The notes under the pieces: generated by a model
The model's input: only the letters and a program-made list of their open reading frames with translations
The model's database searches: none
What the model was told of the DNA's origin: nothing
Part shown: in pieces, positions 23,817-36,500 of the stretch
Layout: every line of letters begins with the position of its first letter
Position numbering within the stretch: the stretch's first letter is position 1
NCBI GenBank assembly: GCA_030704615.1
Contig: CM060733.1
Location: forward strand, 71,920,001-71,984,000
From: Takakia lepidozioides
Taxonomy: Eukaryota; Plantae; Bryophyta
Direction of reading: 5' to 3'
DNA length: 64,000 nt
Translations under genes and position numbers: made by a program

Positions 23817-24557
23817 AAAGCTATAAGGTTCCTTAGGGGTTTGGAAAAACATTCAATCTTCTCAAATGAAAACTCCATTTGTGAGCACTTGTGTAAATGA
23901 GTATTCAGTTTACTGAGTAAATTGAGAAATGTGGGAGAAAGACTATTATGAAAACCCTTTTGATCTTACCTGCGATGTTCAAAAATTTGATCACAGACTT
24001 CAAATCACCATTGCACATTTATAATCCTCGTTAATAATATCTTTCAAATTGTTAGTCATTGGAAAATCTTGCAATCGGCTTTTGCAGTCAACTCCACTCA
24101 CATGTGGAGGTTTTGTGCATGTACCCATGGGATCTTATTGTTTTAATGCAATTTGCCAGTGTGAGCACCACTTCAACCACCCCGGGAAACTGTCAGCACC
24201 CAAAGGTAAGGAGCTCTTATTTACCCGGGCTTTGACCCAGAGTGTTCTCCCTATTATTATCTTTCTTCATTTCTGGCTTCAAAAACCTTCTTCGTAAGGC
24301 TTCCACCTGTAATAAAAGACAAATGGGGGAGTGTCTGGCGAGGTCCCATATAAAAGCAAGGCAACATTGTGCTTCCCTCCAGCCACATGTGGCCAAGAGC
24401 TGCAGCCATGTCGAGGTGACACCTAAGCTAATTACCCTCAACGTCAGAGAAAAGAAAGAAAAAGAACAAGCTAAAAGTATTCACAGCTGAGTGTCCTTGA
24501 GCTTTCCCCTAAACCCAAAACACCCGATCCCCTTTCATCGGTAATGGAAGTCGACTT

Positions 24558-27500
24558 TCAAGAGACAGGGACAGACTGTATTACAAGATCTGCATTCCAT
24601 TTTGAAAGAGCAATAAGCTCAGCATTTGGGCGATCATTGTATCTCACCTGTCAATGCAGATGCTCAAATCAGTGGGCAGGTTCAGTTTCAGCTGGATAGA
24701 GATCACGGAATTGCTCCTCAAAGGACTCTACCTTCAGCCGTTCGGAGATCTCCCCATTCACATACCCACATGCACAAAGTCTCATGGACAACAATTCAAC
24801 ACTAGACCTCATATACAGTTGAGCGATTAGAATGGCAAGTGAAGGTCCTCACCCTCCATTTAGCAACTTCTGGTGTCTTTCCTGCATCCATTCCCAATTT
24901 GGTGGCTATGCATGTAAGACCGCTTTTTTCATAACGCCTCTCAGCTGTGAACTCAAAATATTTGGAAAGCTCTCCATCATTTCACACTAACAGCGAACCA
25001 ATTCGTGTAATAGAGAAAAACCATCCAAGGTGCTGGAACGCGGCTGACCAGCAACCAATCACCAATAAATAACAGATTGACTGAGTGACCATGTTATGCT
25101 GAGCATGAATGCAAAATCGATTGTAGAGGAAGTTCTATCCTCAGCAATGTGAGCCTACAAGGAGTGGCGAGACTTGCCCATTTCAATGTGTCGCCTTTCC
25201 ACCCTCATCATTGCCTCATCAATATCCACCTCCAGGAACCTGCAGACCATTTCTTCAACAATTGTCAGCAAAACATGTGCAAAATAAGGCACCCTAGTAC
25301 ATCCATAGCATGCAGCTGGCTTAGGGGATGAGGGAGAGAAGGAATAAAAGACAGGCTTGGGTCAAATCAAATCTTCCACCTCACCCATTTTCCCAAGGAA
25401 CAAATTGCTTTCTTCCTCTCTCTCTCTCTCTCTCTCTCTGTCCTGACAGAGGTAGGTTCTGTCCCTTTTGTTCCTGCTCAAACTGGGCGCGGGGTCAATG
25501 GCCACAAGGCTACGGCAAACAACATCTTATGAGTACAATCTCTCTCTCTCTGTGGTAGCAGTGGTAGCATTCAACGACAGAGGAGAGGGAGGAAGTGATC
25601 TTAAGTGGCAGTGGGGTAGCCAAGAGATCCCGGTCCTCCCTTCCTACACTTACCTGGGCGTTGAGTTTTCCTCCAATTGTAATTGGGATGCACATATCCG
25701 GAAAGTTGTTCAACCTGGCAAGGGCAAAGCTCTGGGGCTCACTAAATTTTTCCACTGCAGAGGGGTCAACTCTGAGGTTAAGAAAACCATGCTTTGTCGC
25801 GTTATTAGACCTGCCTTGGAGTACGGATCTGCAATATGGGTTGATAACTTCAACCAGGCTAAGTCTCTAGAATCCATTCAAGTGGGGGTGCTTAAGGAGT
25901 GTATGTCAGCATGCTCCAAAACAGCCAATGTGGCTGTTCGGGGTGAGTTTGGCATTACGTCCTTAAGCTCCCGACGAGATGTATTCAAGGTCAGATGGTG
26001 GGGTCAGCTGCAACATATGCCCAACACCAGATATCCTAAGTTCGACTCTATATCTTGGAAACAGGACCGCCCTGTCAAAATTCTCAAGGACCTGGACCTG
26101 GAGCCGCAAGTCTTGACCCTGCTGGATAAATCTGACTTAGAGGCTGTAGCGTCCAAAGCCATGTCTGTTGCCATGAGATTGTCTGATGAAAATGAAGTTA
26201 CGCAGAAAACTTCCCTGAACTTGTTTCCAGTCAGTGACATGGGGGAGGACATCTTGGATGACCTCAAGGGTCTACCCACTCTCGGCACTAGACTGAAATT
26301 TAAACTCAGGGCAGGAAGCCTACCTTTGAACAGCAAACAGAAGCAGAGAGGAAAGGGAGAGTGCAATTGCCCGTTGTGTGGGCAATCTGAAGACAGTATT
26401 CATTTTCTGATACACTGTCCGGGGTTCTCTCACCAAAGAGACGCTCTCTTCAAATCTATCAAGGGAATTGTGCCTGTACCCCTGTTTACCAACTTTGAAA
26501 GTCTCAAGGCTGAGCCAAAAGCCCAGGCCCTCCTGAGGCCTAGTTTTTGGGCAAATCACACACAGCAGATTGATGCTTGTGTGAAGGGATTTCTAGAGGA
26601 TATCTGGAAAACCCGGATTAATTCTATATATGAAGGTGAGTCTTACTACCAACGTCAGCCCCTGACAGAGGTAGGTTCTGTCCCTTTTGTTCCCGGTCAA
26701 ACTGGGCGCGGGGTCAATGGCCACAAGGCTACGGCAAACAACGTCTTATGAGTACAATCTCTCTCTCTCTCTCTCTAATCTGGAGTTACAAGTACCTGTC
26801 TCAAGGTTGATCTGGAATCTAGAGGTTGTTTCCACGAAGGCCAAGCTGGCTTTCGGCGAAGCAGGGGCTGTGTGGATCATATCTTCACTCTAAGCCAGAT
26901 TATCCAGGGAAGGAAAAAAGAAGGGAAACCCACTTTTGTTTTTTCTTGGATGTCAAAAAGGCTTATGACACAGTGTGGAGAGACGGTCTATGGCTCCGAC
27001 ACTGGTCATGTGGGATCATGCTAAAGATGTGGAGAGTTGTCCATAACTTGTATGCTCACACCAAAAGCTGTGTCACTGTTAATGGACATAAGTCTAACTT
27101 CTTTGACATAGACCAAGGTGTAGCTCAATAATGTACCCTCTCCCCTCTGCTCTTCAATGTTTTCATCAATCAATTCCTCGAGGATGTGGAAAGTGAGGGA
27201 TTTGGGTTAAGGGTGGGTGATGCCGCCATACCAGCCCTTATGTTTGCGGATGACTGCAGGCATAGGGGAGACTCCTTCCAATCTCCAGGAGTTGATTGAT
27301 TGCGCGAAGAGATACTTTGACCCTTGGGGGCTAGAGGCTAATGTCAGTAAATGTGGGATTCAACAACCGAGGAGAGGGAGGAGGTGATCTCAAGGGCAGT
27401 GGGAAAGACGAGATTCCAGTCCTCCCTTCCTACACATACCTCGGTGTTGAGTTTTCCTCCGAGTGTAATTGGTTGTTCAAACTGGCAAGCGCAAAGCGCT

Positions 27501-30500
27501 GGGTCTCACTAAATTTTTCTACTGCAGAGGGATCAACTCTGAGGTCAAGAAAACCATGCTTGTCGCGTTTTTAGACCTGCCTTGGAGTACACATCTGCAA
27601 TATGGGTTGATAACTCAACCAGGCTAAGTCTCTAGAATCCATTCAAGTGGGGGTGCTTAAGGAGTGCATGTGAGCATGCCAATGTGGCTGTTCGGGGTGA
27701 GTTTGGCATTTCTTTAAGCTCCCGACGAGATGAATTCAAGGTCAGATGGTAGGGTCAGCTGCAACATATGTCCAACATCAGATATCCTAAGTTAATCGAC
27801 TCTATATCTTGGAAACAGGAGCGCCCTGTCAAACAGGCTAAGTCCTGGCGGAAGAGAGTAGAAGAGATGCTCAAGGATCTGAATCTCAATCCGCGAGTCT
27901 TGACCCTGCTGGATAAATCTGACTTAGAGGCTGTAGTCTCCAAAGCCATGTCTGTTGCCAGGAAATTGTCTGATGAAAATGAAGTTAGGCAGAAAACTTC
28001 CCTGAACTTGTTTCCAGTCTGTGACATGGGGGAGGACATCATGGATGACCTCAAGGGTCTACCCACTCTCGGCACTAGACTGAAATTTAAACTCAGGCCG
28101 GGAAGCTTACCTTTGAACAGCAAACAGATGCAGAGAGGAAAGGGAGAGTGCAATTGCCCGTTGTGTGACAATATTCATTTTCTGATTCACTGTCCCGGGT
28201 TCTCTCACCAGAGAGACACTCTCCTCAAAACTATCAAAGGAATTGTGCCTGTACCTCTGTTTACCAACTTTGAAAGTCTCGAGGCTGAGCCAAAAGCCCA
28301 GGCCCTTTTGGGGCCTAGCTATTGGACAAACCACACATCAGCAGATTGATGCTTGTGTGAAGGGATTTCTAGAGGATATCTGGAAAACCCGGATCAGTTG
28401 TTTATTCCAAGGTAAGTCTTACTACCGGCGTCAGCCCCTGACAAAGGTAGGTCCTGTCCCTTTGTGTTCCGCTCAAACTGGGCGCGGTGTCAGTGGCCAC
28501 AAGGCTACAGCAAACAACGTCTTATGGGTACATTCTCTCCAATCTGGTTCTTGACTTGCCCATTAGCTTTTGCCAAACACATTTCTGTTAAATTGGGTGA
28601 ACAGAGGGCATAACACCTAGCTTGGCAGATCCCTCATTAGGGTTCTGGATATTAAGAATGAATGGGGCATTTGTCATAACCAGCTAGAGACCTCCTTAAA
28701 CTGCTGGGGCTCTCTAATAAACACCACCACCTACTAGTTCGCTTTTCAAAGCCATAGGCGGTGGCTCTTAATGAGCTGGGTCTCTTTCCCTGCACGTTCC
28801 TTACTTCAGGAGTAGGGATAAAGAGAATAGCAGCTCCCACTGTTCATCTCTAAGGAGGAAGGCTCTTGCAAGAGGGAAGGAGAAGACTGACTACAATGCC
28901 TCTTCCTCAAGGAACAGCCAGGTAGAAAGATTGAGCAAACAGGTTCAATTGTTTTGCTAATTTGCTGCTGCAATGTTCTGGTTGTCATTTAAGACTTCAG
29001 TTTCAGTCTCTCATGGTGGACATGGATAACAACTAGGTGATGCCGTATACCTGGAGTTCCACAAGGGTCAATAACCTATTGGTTTTGTGGGGTGCTTGTG
29101 ATGGGACCAGGTAAGGCCTCATCTTTGCCTTGATAGCTAGGAGTGGCTGCTGTCTAATGACTTCTCACAAGCCTGTAAATGAGGTTCGGCTCTTTAAAAT
29201 ACATAGAGTTTGGTAACCACTTGAAATGTATCTTTTACCATGATTGAAGTTTTCTCTTTACCATAATGTTGATATCAATCCTAGCTTTGAAATACTAGAT
29301 CTAACAACTATGGTTTTGGCTTGAGTAGAATCTGAAATGACAGTCTTATTGTTGGACTGTCATTGTCATATAAACTTATCTAAGTGTGGGAAGACTTAGA
29401 TTCTTAGATTCTTAGACTTAGATTAGACTCTCTCTGTCTTTCTTCCTATCTCCCTCTCGCTCCATCAAGGGAATTCTGCCTGAACCTCTGTTTACCAACT
29501 TTGAAAGTCTTGAGGCTGAGCCAAAAGCCCAGGCCCTTTTGGGGCCTCGTGATTTGGCAAACCACACACAGCAGATTGATGCTTCTGTGAAGGGATTTCT
29601 AGAGTATATCTGGAAAACTGATTAATTGTCTGTTCCAAGGTAAGTCATAAGACCTCATGACGGCCCTGCTTCAGCCTATGGCAACACCCCTGTAGCTTGC
29701 CAACTAACTACCCTATCTCACTATCTAAGCAACAAGATGAATTCAAGGTCACATGGTGGGGTCAGCAACAACGTATGACTAATATCAGATACCCGAAGTT
29801 ATTCGACTCTATATCCTGGAAGCAGGATCGCCCTGTCAAACAGGCTAAGTCCTGGCGGAAGAGGGTAGAAGAGATTCTCCAGGATCTGAATCTAAGTCCG
29901 CAAGTCTTGACCCTGCTGGATAAATCTGACTTAGAGGCTGTAGTGTCCAAAGCCATCTCTGTTGCCAGGAAATTGTCTGATGAAAATGAAGTTAGGCAGA
30001 AAACTTTCCTGAACTTGTTTCCAGTCTGTTACATGGGGGAGGACATCATTGATGACCTCAAGGGTTTACCCATTCTCGGCACTAGACTGAAACCTAAACT
30101 CAGGGCGGGAAGCCTACCTTCGAACAGCAAACAGATGCAGAGAGGAAAGGGGGATTGCAAATACCCGTTGTGTGGGCAACCTGAAGACAATATTCATTTT
30201 CTGATTCATTGTCCTTGGTACTCTCACCAGATGCCCTCTTCAATTCCATCAAGGGAGTTGTGCCTGTACCTCTGTTTACCAACTTTGAAAATCTCAAGGC
30301 TGAGCCAAAAGCCCAGGCCCTTTTGTTGGGCAAATCACACACAGCAGATTGATGCTCGTGTAAAGGGATTTCTAGAGGATATCTGGAAAACTCGGATCAA
30401 TTGTCTGTTCCAAGGTAAGTCATACTACCAGCGTCAGCCCGGTAGATTCCGTCGCTTTGTGTTCCGCTCAAACTGGGCACGGGGTCAATGGCCGCAAGGG

Positions 30501-33500
30501 TACAGCAAACAACGTCTTATGAGTACATTTTCTCTCTCACTAGGAAGCCTATTGTCATTGGGTGGACTCGATACGGGAGTAGATGATTGTCTCCATGACT
30601 AAAGGCTAGCCTTGTGACCTTGTGTTTGTTTCGACCTGAAGCACTCTGCTTTGGGTAAGGTAGTACATTGGATTTAGTTGGAGAGATTGGGGCCTCTCCC
30701 TCTTTAGAATATGTCTATGTGGGCTATTCACTGCACCTCCTTTGGAGTGATGATCTCTGAACGGTAACAAGCGGACCCCTACTGCTTGGGGGAAGCCCCT
30801 CCCATCAAAGTGGGCAGTTGTATGCTCTGTCTGGCATGCTCAGCGCGTGGGCTACGGTTTGCCCTTGTGCTTAAACATGAAAATTCAAATACCGTCCGTA
30901 CTTCCCAAGTCGCTTGTGCCAAAGCTAGAGCTTCTTGTGTAGTTTTTGGGGAGGATCCCAGGATGGACGATGTGTCCTTTAAGACTACTTGCTCAAATTT
31001 AGGCTTGGATCATGTGGCTGATGGCACCATCTCAAGACTTGGTATCAGAGGTGCATGGAAGGTGACAACGCCTAAGAATGCTACAAGTAGAGATTCACTT
31101 CAAAGTACCTCAGAGAAGTTAGACGCCTGACTGGTTGGAGAGCAGTCATAGACATGGGCGATTCAATGAGGCACTCGGGGAAGACAGTCAAGGATGTGGA
31201 CTTCAAACTGAAAGTTTCCAATTTGTTTGAAGACCTGGAAGAGGTTGCCCCAGAAATTGCAGAGATACCTATGCATGCAGGGATTGATCAACAAGCGAAA
31301 GAAGGGTATGGCACGCTCAATGGCATGCCAACCCTCAAAGTCTGCGCGAGACAATCAAAGCCTACACGCAATGAAACAGACCCATCAATGCAGAATTGCA
31401 GGGTGTCTAGGGGCATTCAAACGTCACCTAGACGACAGACAATCCATATGCATAAAGCTGGTCTGCGACTGGGCACCTTTAACTTCTGTGGGCTAACTAG
31501 CCAAAGGAAACAATTTCAAGTGGGGCCAAGTTCTTCAAGCAAATGGCATTCACATTTGTGCTGGGCAGGAGACGTGGGAAACTCCAGACAAGCTGGTTGG
31601 GGATATCGGTGGCTATAAATGGTTCGGTAAGATGTATGCTCTCAGGGCGGCCTCGGCTAAGCATGGTCAGAACGGTGTGGGATTCTTTGACCGTGATTTC
31701 CTGTGTGATAGTTGTGAAATGATCAGCAAGGAACTTCGGTAAAGACTGCTGTAGTATCAAAAACGACAAACATCTGTGGTTGCGCGAAGATGTTAACCAG
31801 CTTGTAAGAGCTCAGAAGAAAGTACTTTGTACCAAGACATTAACTTGAACCACCATGGTGGTAATGATAAGAGATTCTGGTTGGCCTTGCAGTGTTTAAG
31901 GAACCATAATCTAACTCTAATAGTGAGGGGCCTTTCAAAGAATGGAAGGACACAGCACAAACAACTGTTCCTATATTCCAAGATAGCCCTGATGAACTGG
32001 AGTATATCTGAAAGGTCTACAATGCACCCATTAGTTCTTCTGAGGTCATGGAAGCTGTAAAGGATCTAAGCGGCTATAAAGCAGGGGGGCTTGATGGCAT
32101 TGTCAGTGAGCTAATTAAGTATCGTGGTGACCCTATGAAACAGGCCCTTGCCCTTCTCTTTAACCTTATTTGGCAGACTGAAGTGATCCCCTTTCGCTGG
32201 AGACAGGGAGTCATTGTCAACCTGTATAAGAAAGGGGACAGAGAAGAACCTGGGAACTATCACGGTATCACACTTCTTAGTGCAGTTGGCAAGCTATTTT
32301 GTAGGATTATGAGCACCCGTCTCAATGTGGATCTGGAGTCTAGAGGTGGTTTCCGTGAAGGCCAGGCTGGCTTTTGGAGACATAGGGGCTGCACTGACCA
32401 TATCTTCACTCTAAGTCAGACCATCCAGGGAAGGAAAAAAGAAGGAAAGCCCACTTTTGTCTTCGTCCTGGATGTCAAAAAGGCCTATGACACAATATGG
32501 TGTGACGGGCTATGGCTCCGGTTTTGGTCTTCTGGGATCAGGGGAAAGATGGAGGATGGTCCACAACCTTCATGCAAACACCAAAAGTCGTATTACGGTC
32601 AATGGACAGAAGTCTAACTTCTTTGATATTGACCAAGGTGTAGCACAAGGTTGTACCCTCTCCCCACTGCTCTTCAATGTCTTCATTAATCAGCTTCTTG
32701 AAGATGTGGAAAGTGAGGGGTTTGGGCTAAAGATGGGTGATGCCACCATACCAGCTCTTATGTGCGGATGACTTCGCAGGCCTAGAGGATACCCCATCCA
32801 ATCTCCAGGAGCTGATTGATTGTGCGAAGAGGTTCTTTGACCTGTGGAGGCTAGAAGCTAAAATTAGTAAATGCGCAGTGATGGCATTCAACGACTGTGG
32901 GGAGGGAGGAGGGTATCGTATTACGGCCAAAAGTCGTATTACGGTCAATGGACAGAAGTCTAACTTCTTTGATATTGACCAAGGTGTAGCACAAGGTTGT
33001 ACCCTCTCCCCACTGCTCTTCAATGTCTTCATTAATCAGCTTCTTGAAGATGTGGAAAGTGAGGGGTTTGGGCTAAAGATGGGTGATGCCACCATACCAG
33101 CTCTTATGTTTGCGGATGACTTCGCAGGCCCAGAGGATACCCCATCCAGTCTCCAGGAGCTGATTGATTGTGCGAAGAGGTTCTTTGACCTGTGGAGGCT
33201 AGAAGCTAAAATTAGTAAATGCGCAGTGATGGCATTCAACGACTGTGGGGAGGGAGGAGGGTATCTCAAATGGAAATGGGGCGACGAAGAGATTCCTGTA
33301 CTCCCTTCCTACACTTATCTTGGTGTTGAGTTTTCGTACAACTGTAACTGGGATGCACATATACAAAAAGTGATTCGATCAGCTAAACGCGAAGCTGTGG
33401 GTTTTACTAGATTTTTCCACTGCAGAGGGATTAATGCTGAAGTTAAAAGGACCATGCTTTGTAATGCTATAAGGCCGGCCTTGGAGTACGCATCTGCTGT

Positions 33501-36500
33501 GGGGGTCGAAACCTCCAACCAAGCTAAATCCCTAGAATCCATTCAGGCCCCGGTGCTCAAAGAAATCATGGCAGGTTGTTGTAGAACAGCTAATGTGGCT
33601 GTTCGGGGTGAATTTGGCATACCTCCCTTAAGCTCTCGGCATGATGAATTCAAGGTCAGATGGTGGGGTCAGTTGAATCGCATGCCTAATACCAGATACA
33701 CTAAGATAATCGAATCTGTTTCTTGGAAGCAAGACCATCCTGTTAAACAGGCCAAGTCGTGGTGGAAAAAGGTAGATGAGAATTTCAAGTATCTGATATC
33801 AGTCCTCATCAATTGACCCTACTGGATGAAGCTGACCTGGAGGGGGTTGTGTCCAAAGCCATGTCTGATGCCCAAAGACTGTCCGATGAAAATGAAGTTA
33901 GGCATAAAACTTCCCTGAACTTGTTTCCATCTGTGACATGGGCAAGGACCTTAAGGATGATCTCAAGGGCCCTACCTACCCTTGGCACTAGACTGAAATT
34001 TAAACTAAGGGTGGGAAGCCTACCTTTGAATAATCAACAGATGCAGAGAGGAAGAGGAGATTGTAATTGTCCAATGTGTGGGCAACCTGAAGACTATCCA
34101 TTTTCTGATACATTGTCCGGGATATTCTCACCAGAGAATGACCCTCTTCAGGACAATCAAGAACATTGTCTCAGCACCTCTGTTCACCAACTTTCAAAAT
34201 CTTGAGGCTGAGCCTAAAGCCCTGGCCCTGTTGGGGTCTAACTTTTGTGAGCATTGGGCTGCTCACACACAGCAGATTGATGCTTGTGTGAAGGGCTTCC
34301 TAGAGGATATTGGAAAGCCTGAACTAATTGTTTGTATCAAGGTAAGTCATACTACCAGAGTGAGCCCCTCACAAAGGTAGTTTCTGGTCCCTTTTGTTCC
34401 GCCCAAACTTGTCCAATGAGGCGTTCACTTGTCATCTGGTTTTTGTTCAATGCGAAAAAGAAATCCTGTAAGGGGTCTATGGCCACAAGGCTACCGCAAA
34501 CAAAGTCTTATGAGTACATCTCTCTCCCTCCCTGCCCACTCACACACAGCAGATTGATGCTTGTGTAAAGGGATTTCGAGAGGATATCTGGAAACCTCGG
34601 ATCAATTGTCTGTTTCACGGAGTCATATGGCAAACATTCTCTCCCTGCCCAGGAAACTTCCCTGAACTTGTTTCCAGTCTGTGACATGGGGGTTCAAGGG
34701 AATTATTCCTGTACCTCTGTTTACCAACTTTGAAAATCTCGAGGCTGAGCCAAAAGCCCAGGTGGCAAATCAGACACAGAGATGTTTGTGTAAAGGATTT
34801 CTAGAGGATATCTGGAAAACTTGGATCAATTGTCTGTTTCACGGAGTCATACTACCGGCGTCAGCCCTGACAAATGTAGTTTCTGTCCCTTCGTGTTCCG
34901 CTCAAACTGGGCACGGGGTCAATGGCCACAAGGCTACGGCAAACAACGTCTTATGAGTACATCCTCTCCCTGCCAACTAGGGTGGACTTGACATGGAGTG
35001 GATAAATGTCTCTGTGACTAAATGCAAGCCTTGTGAATACCTTTGTTTGTTTGACCTGAAGCATATTGCTTCGGGTAAGGTAGTACATTGGATTTAGTTG
35101 GAGAGAATTAGAATATGTCTACACAGGCCATTCCCTGCAGCTCCTTCGGAGTGATGATCTCTAAATGGGAACAAGTGGATCCCTACTGCTTAGGGACAGC
35201 CCCTCCGCCCAAAGTGGGCAGTTGCATGCTCTTGCACATGCTCAGCACTTGGGCTAGGGTATACCCTTCTGTTTAAACCTATTGACTGCAAAAACCAAAA
35301 TCTCTCCTGAAAATGTTCATAATCCCCAGGGTGATTTCTGGGAACCGGTCACTTATGCCAAACCTAGAGCCTCATGTGTACTTTTTGGGGTGAATCCCAG
35401 GATGGATGACATGTGCTTTAAAACTACTTCCTTAATTTTAGGCTTGGATTATGTGGCTGATGGCACCATCTCGAGAATCTCAGAGCAGTTCGATCCTTGA
35501 CTGGTTGGAGAGTGATCTTAGACATTGGTGATTCAATGAGGTGCTCAGAGAAGACAGCCAATGATGGGGACTTTAAAGTGACAGTTTCCAACCCGTTTAA
35601 AGCCCTGGGAGAGGATGACTCAGAATGGTCCACTTATATTGGCAACCTCTGGGGAAGCTAAACCCAAAGGTCGATGCCGGAAGGGCATACGAGCCAGACA
35701 TGCCTCTGCATGCAGTGACCAATCAACATGTGGATGAAAGAAAAAAATGACTTTGTTAAATTCCTCGCCAAAGGCCACATGGTATTGTTAGGTGAGTTTA
35801 ATGCCCAACGGGTCAGGGTCTACAAAAAGACAATGACTTTGGGCTTTTAGGCAAGGATGAGCAAAATTCCAATGGCACACGGCTTATTGATATTGGTACT
35901 TCTGACCACTTTCTTTTCTGGACTGAGATCAAAAGGTGTTTTCTTAACACCAAGATATCTGTGAAACGTTCGACCCAAAAGTGGCGCATAGAAAAATTCC
36001 AAAAGGAAGAGGTCAAGACAGATATGTCCAAGCCTTGAAAGAGTCTCTCCCACACTTTACCCAATCACTCCAAGATTGGTTAGGTGATGCAAGTAGCGAA
36101 GTCGAAAGAACTGTGGATTTTTGGGAGAGTTTCGTCAACTCTGCAGCTGATGAGACCATTGGAAGGGAACTGTATGCGGAAGAGCGGTAAATTGGTAGAC
36201 CAACGAGGTCAAGCTCAAGATCACCGAGAGGCGGGGGCGCTTTACAAGGACTGCTGTAATATCAAAGATGCCAGAGAGCCGTGGTCTCGGTATTACCAGC
36301 TGTGAAGAGATGTAAATCAGCCAGTAAAGGCTCAGAAGGTATTGGGAAGACCATATCTTCACCCTAGCCAGATTATCCAGGGAAGGAAAAAGAAGGAAAC
36401 CCACTTTTGTCTTTTTCCTGGATGTAAAAAAGGCTTTTGACACAGTGTCGAGAAGGGTGGGTTGTGGCTTCGACTTTGGTCTTCTAGGGTCAGGGGAAAG

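Noticed and set aside
28550-29430. Separate gene or element inside the large intron, ending in CTTAGA repeats
   Set aside because: No recognisable protein motif or termini; left unannotated.
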